Shown piece after piece: positions 63,512 through 64,000 of a DNA stretch of 64,000 nt. The notes below the pieces were generated by a model. The model saw only the letters and a list, made by a program, of their open reading frames with translations. It was not told where the DNA came from and did not search any database. Source of the stretch: the human T2T-CHM13v2.0 reference genome, Homo sapiens; the NCBI RefSeq assembly GCF_009914755.1, contig NC_060925.1; one strand, 5' to 3'. Numbering within the stretch: position 1 is the stretch's first letter; each line of letters starts with the position of its first letter. Made by a program: the position numbers and the translations under genes.

Positions 63512-63649
<138 letters not shown>

Positions 63650-63852
63650 TAAATGAACACGTAGACTTGACATTGGATGGTGTGAAGCTAAGGAAGATAG
63701 ATTAAATAAGTCAATACATATAAAGTGCTTAGGGTGTCTGGCACATAATCCGTTTATTAAATGTTAGCTACTATTGTTATTATTAATGTGAAAGTACTTT
63801 GCCCTCCTTAAAAGAAAGGTACGGTAAATATCCCAGGTTGTAGTAGTTGTGA

Positions 63853-63999
<147 letters not shown>

Positions 64000-64000
64000 T

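Overview
Human (hominid) genomic DNA, recognisable as the 5' part of SNX27 (sorting nexin 27; recalled location 1q21.3) plus ~13 kb of upstream intergenic sequence. On the + strand there is a CpG-island promoter with two tandem ACTACA..TCCC (ZNF143/THAP11-type) motifs. Five coding exons (13568-13878, 40250-40481, 59609-59801, 62171-62235, 63539-63643) splice in frame with GT-AG ends into 302 codons: poly-Gly N-terminus, PDZ, PX and the start of the FERM-like/RA domain. The gene continues past the window. The rest is mostly interspersed repeats: roughly 60 Alus, old L1M/L2/MIR/ERVL-MaLR/Tigger3 fragments, and two full-length young SVAs with intact target-site duplications (SVA_E-like upstream, SVA_F-like antisense in intron 2). 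Almost all entries in the ORF track are Alu/SVA/microsatellite artefacts. The most notable unexplained structures are: (i) a TSD-flanked U6 snRNA/Alu chimeric retrocopy, later split by a second Alu; (ii) a TSD-flanked, polyadenylated ~640-bp retrocopy of an unidentified, apparently ERV-internal-like RNA; (iii) a ~250-bp inverted templated insertion copied from ~3.5 kb away; (iv) a 14-nt 5' tag on the SVA_F that may identify its source element. There is no evidence of a prokaryote-type system. Repeat subfamily names come from recalled consensus motifs, not from a database search.
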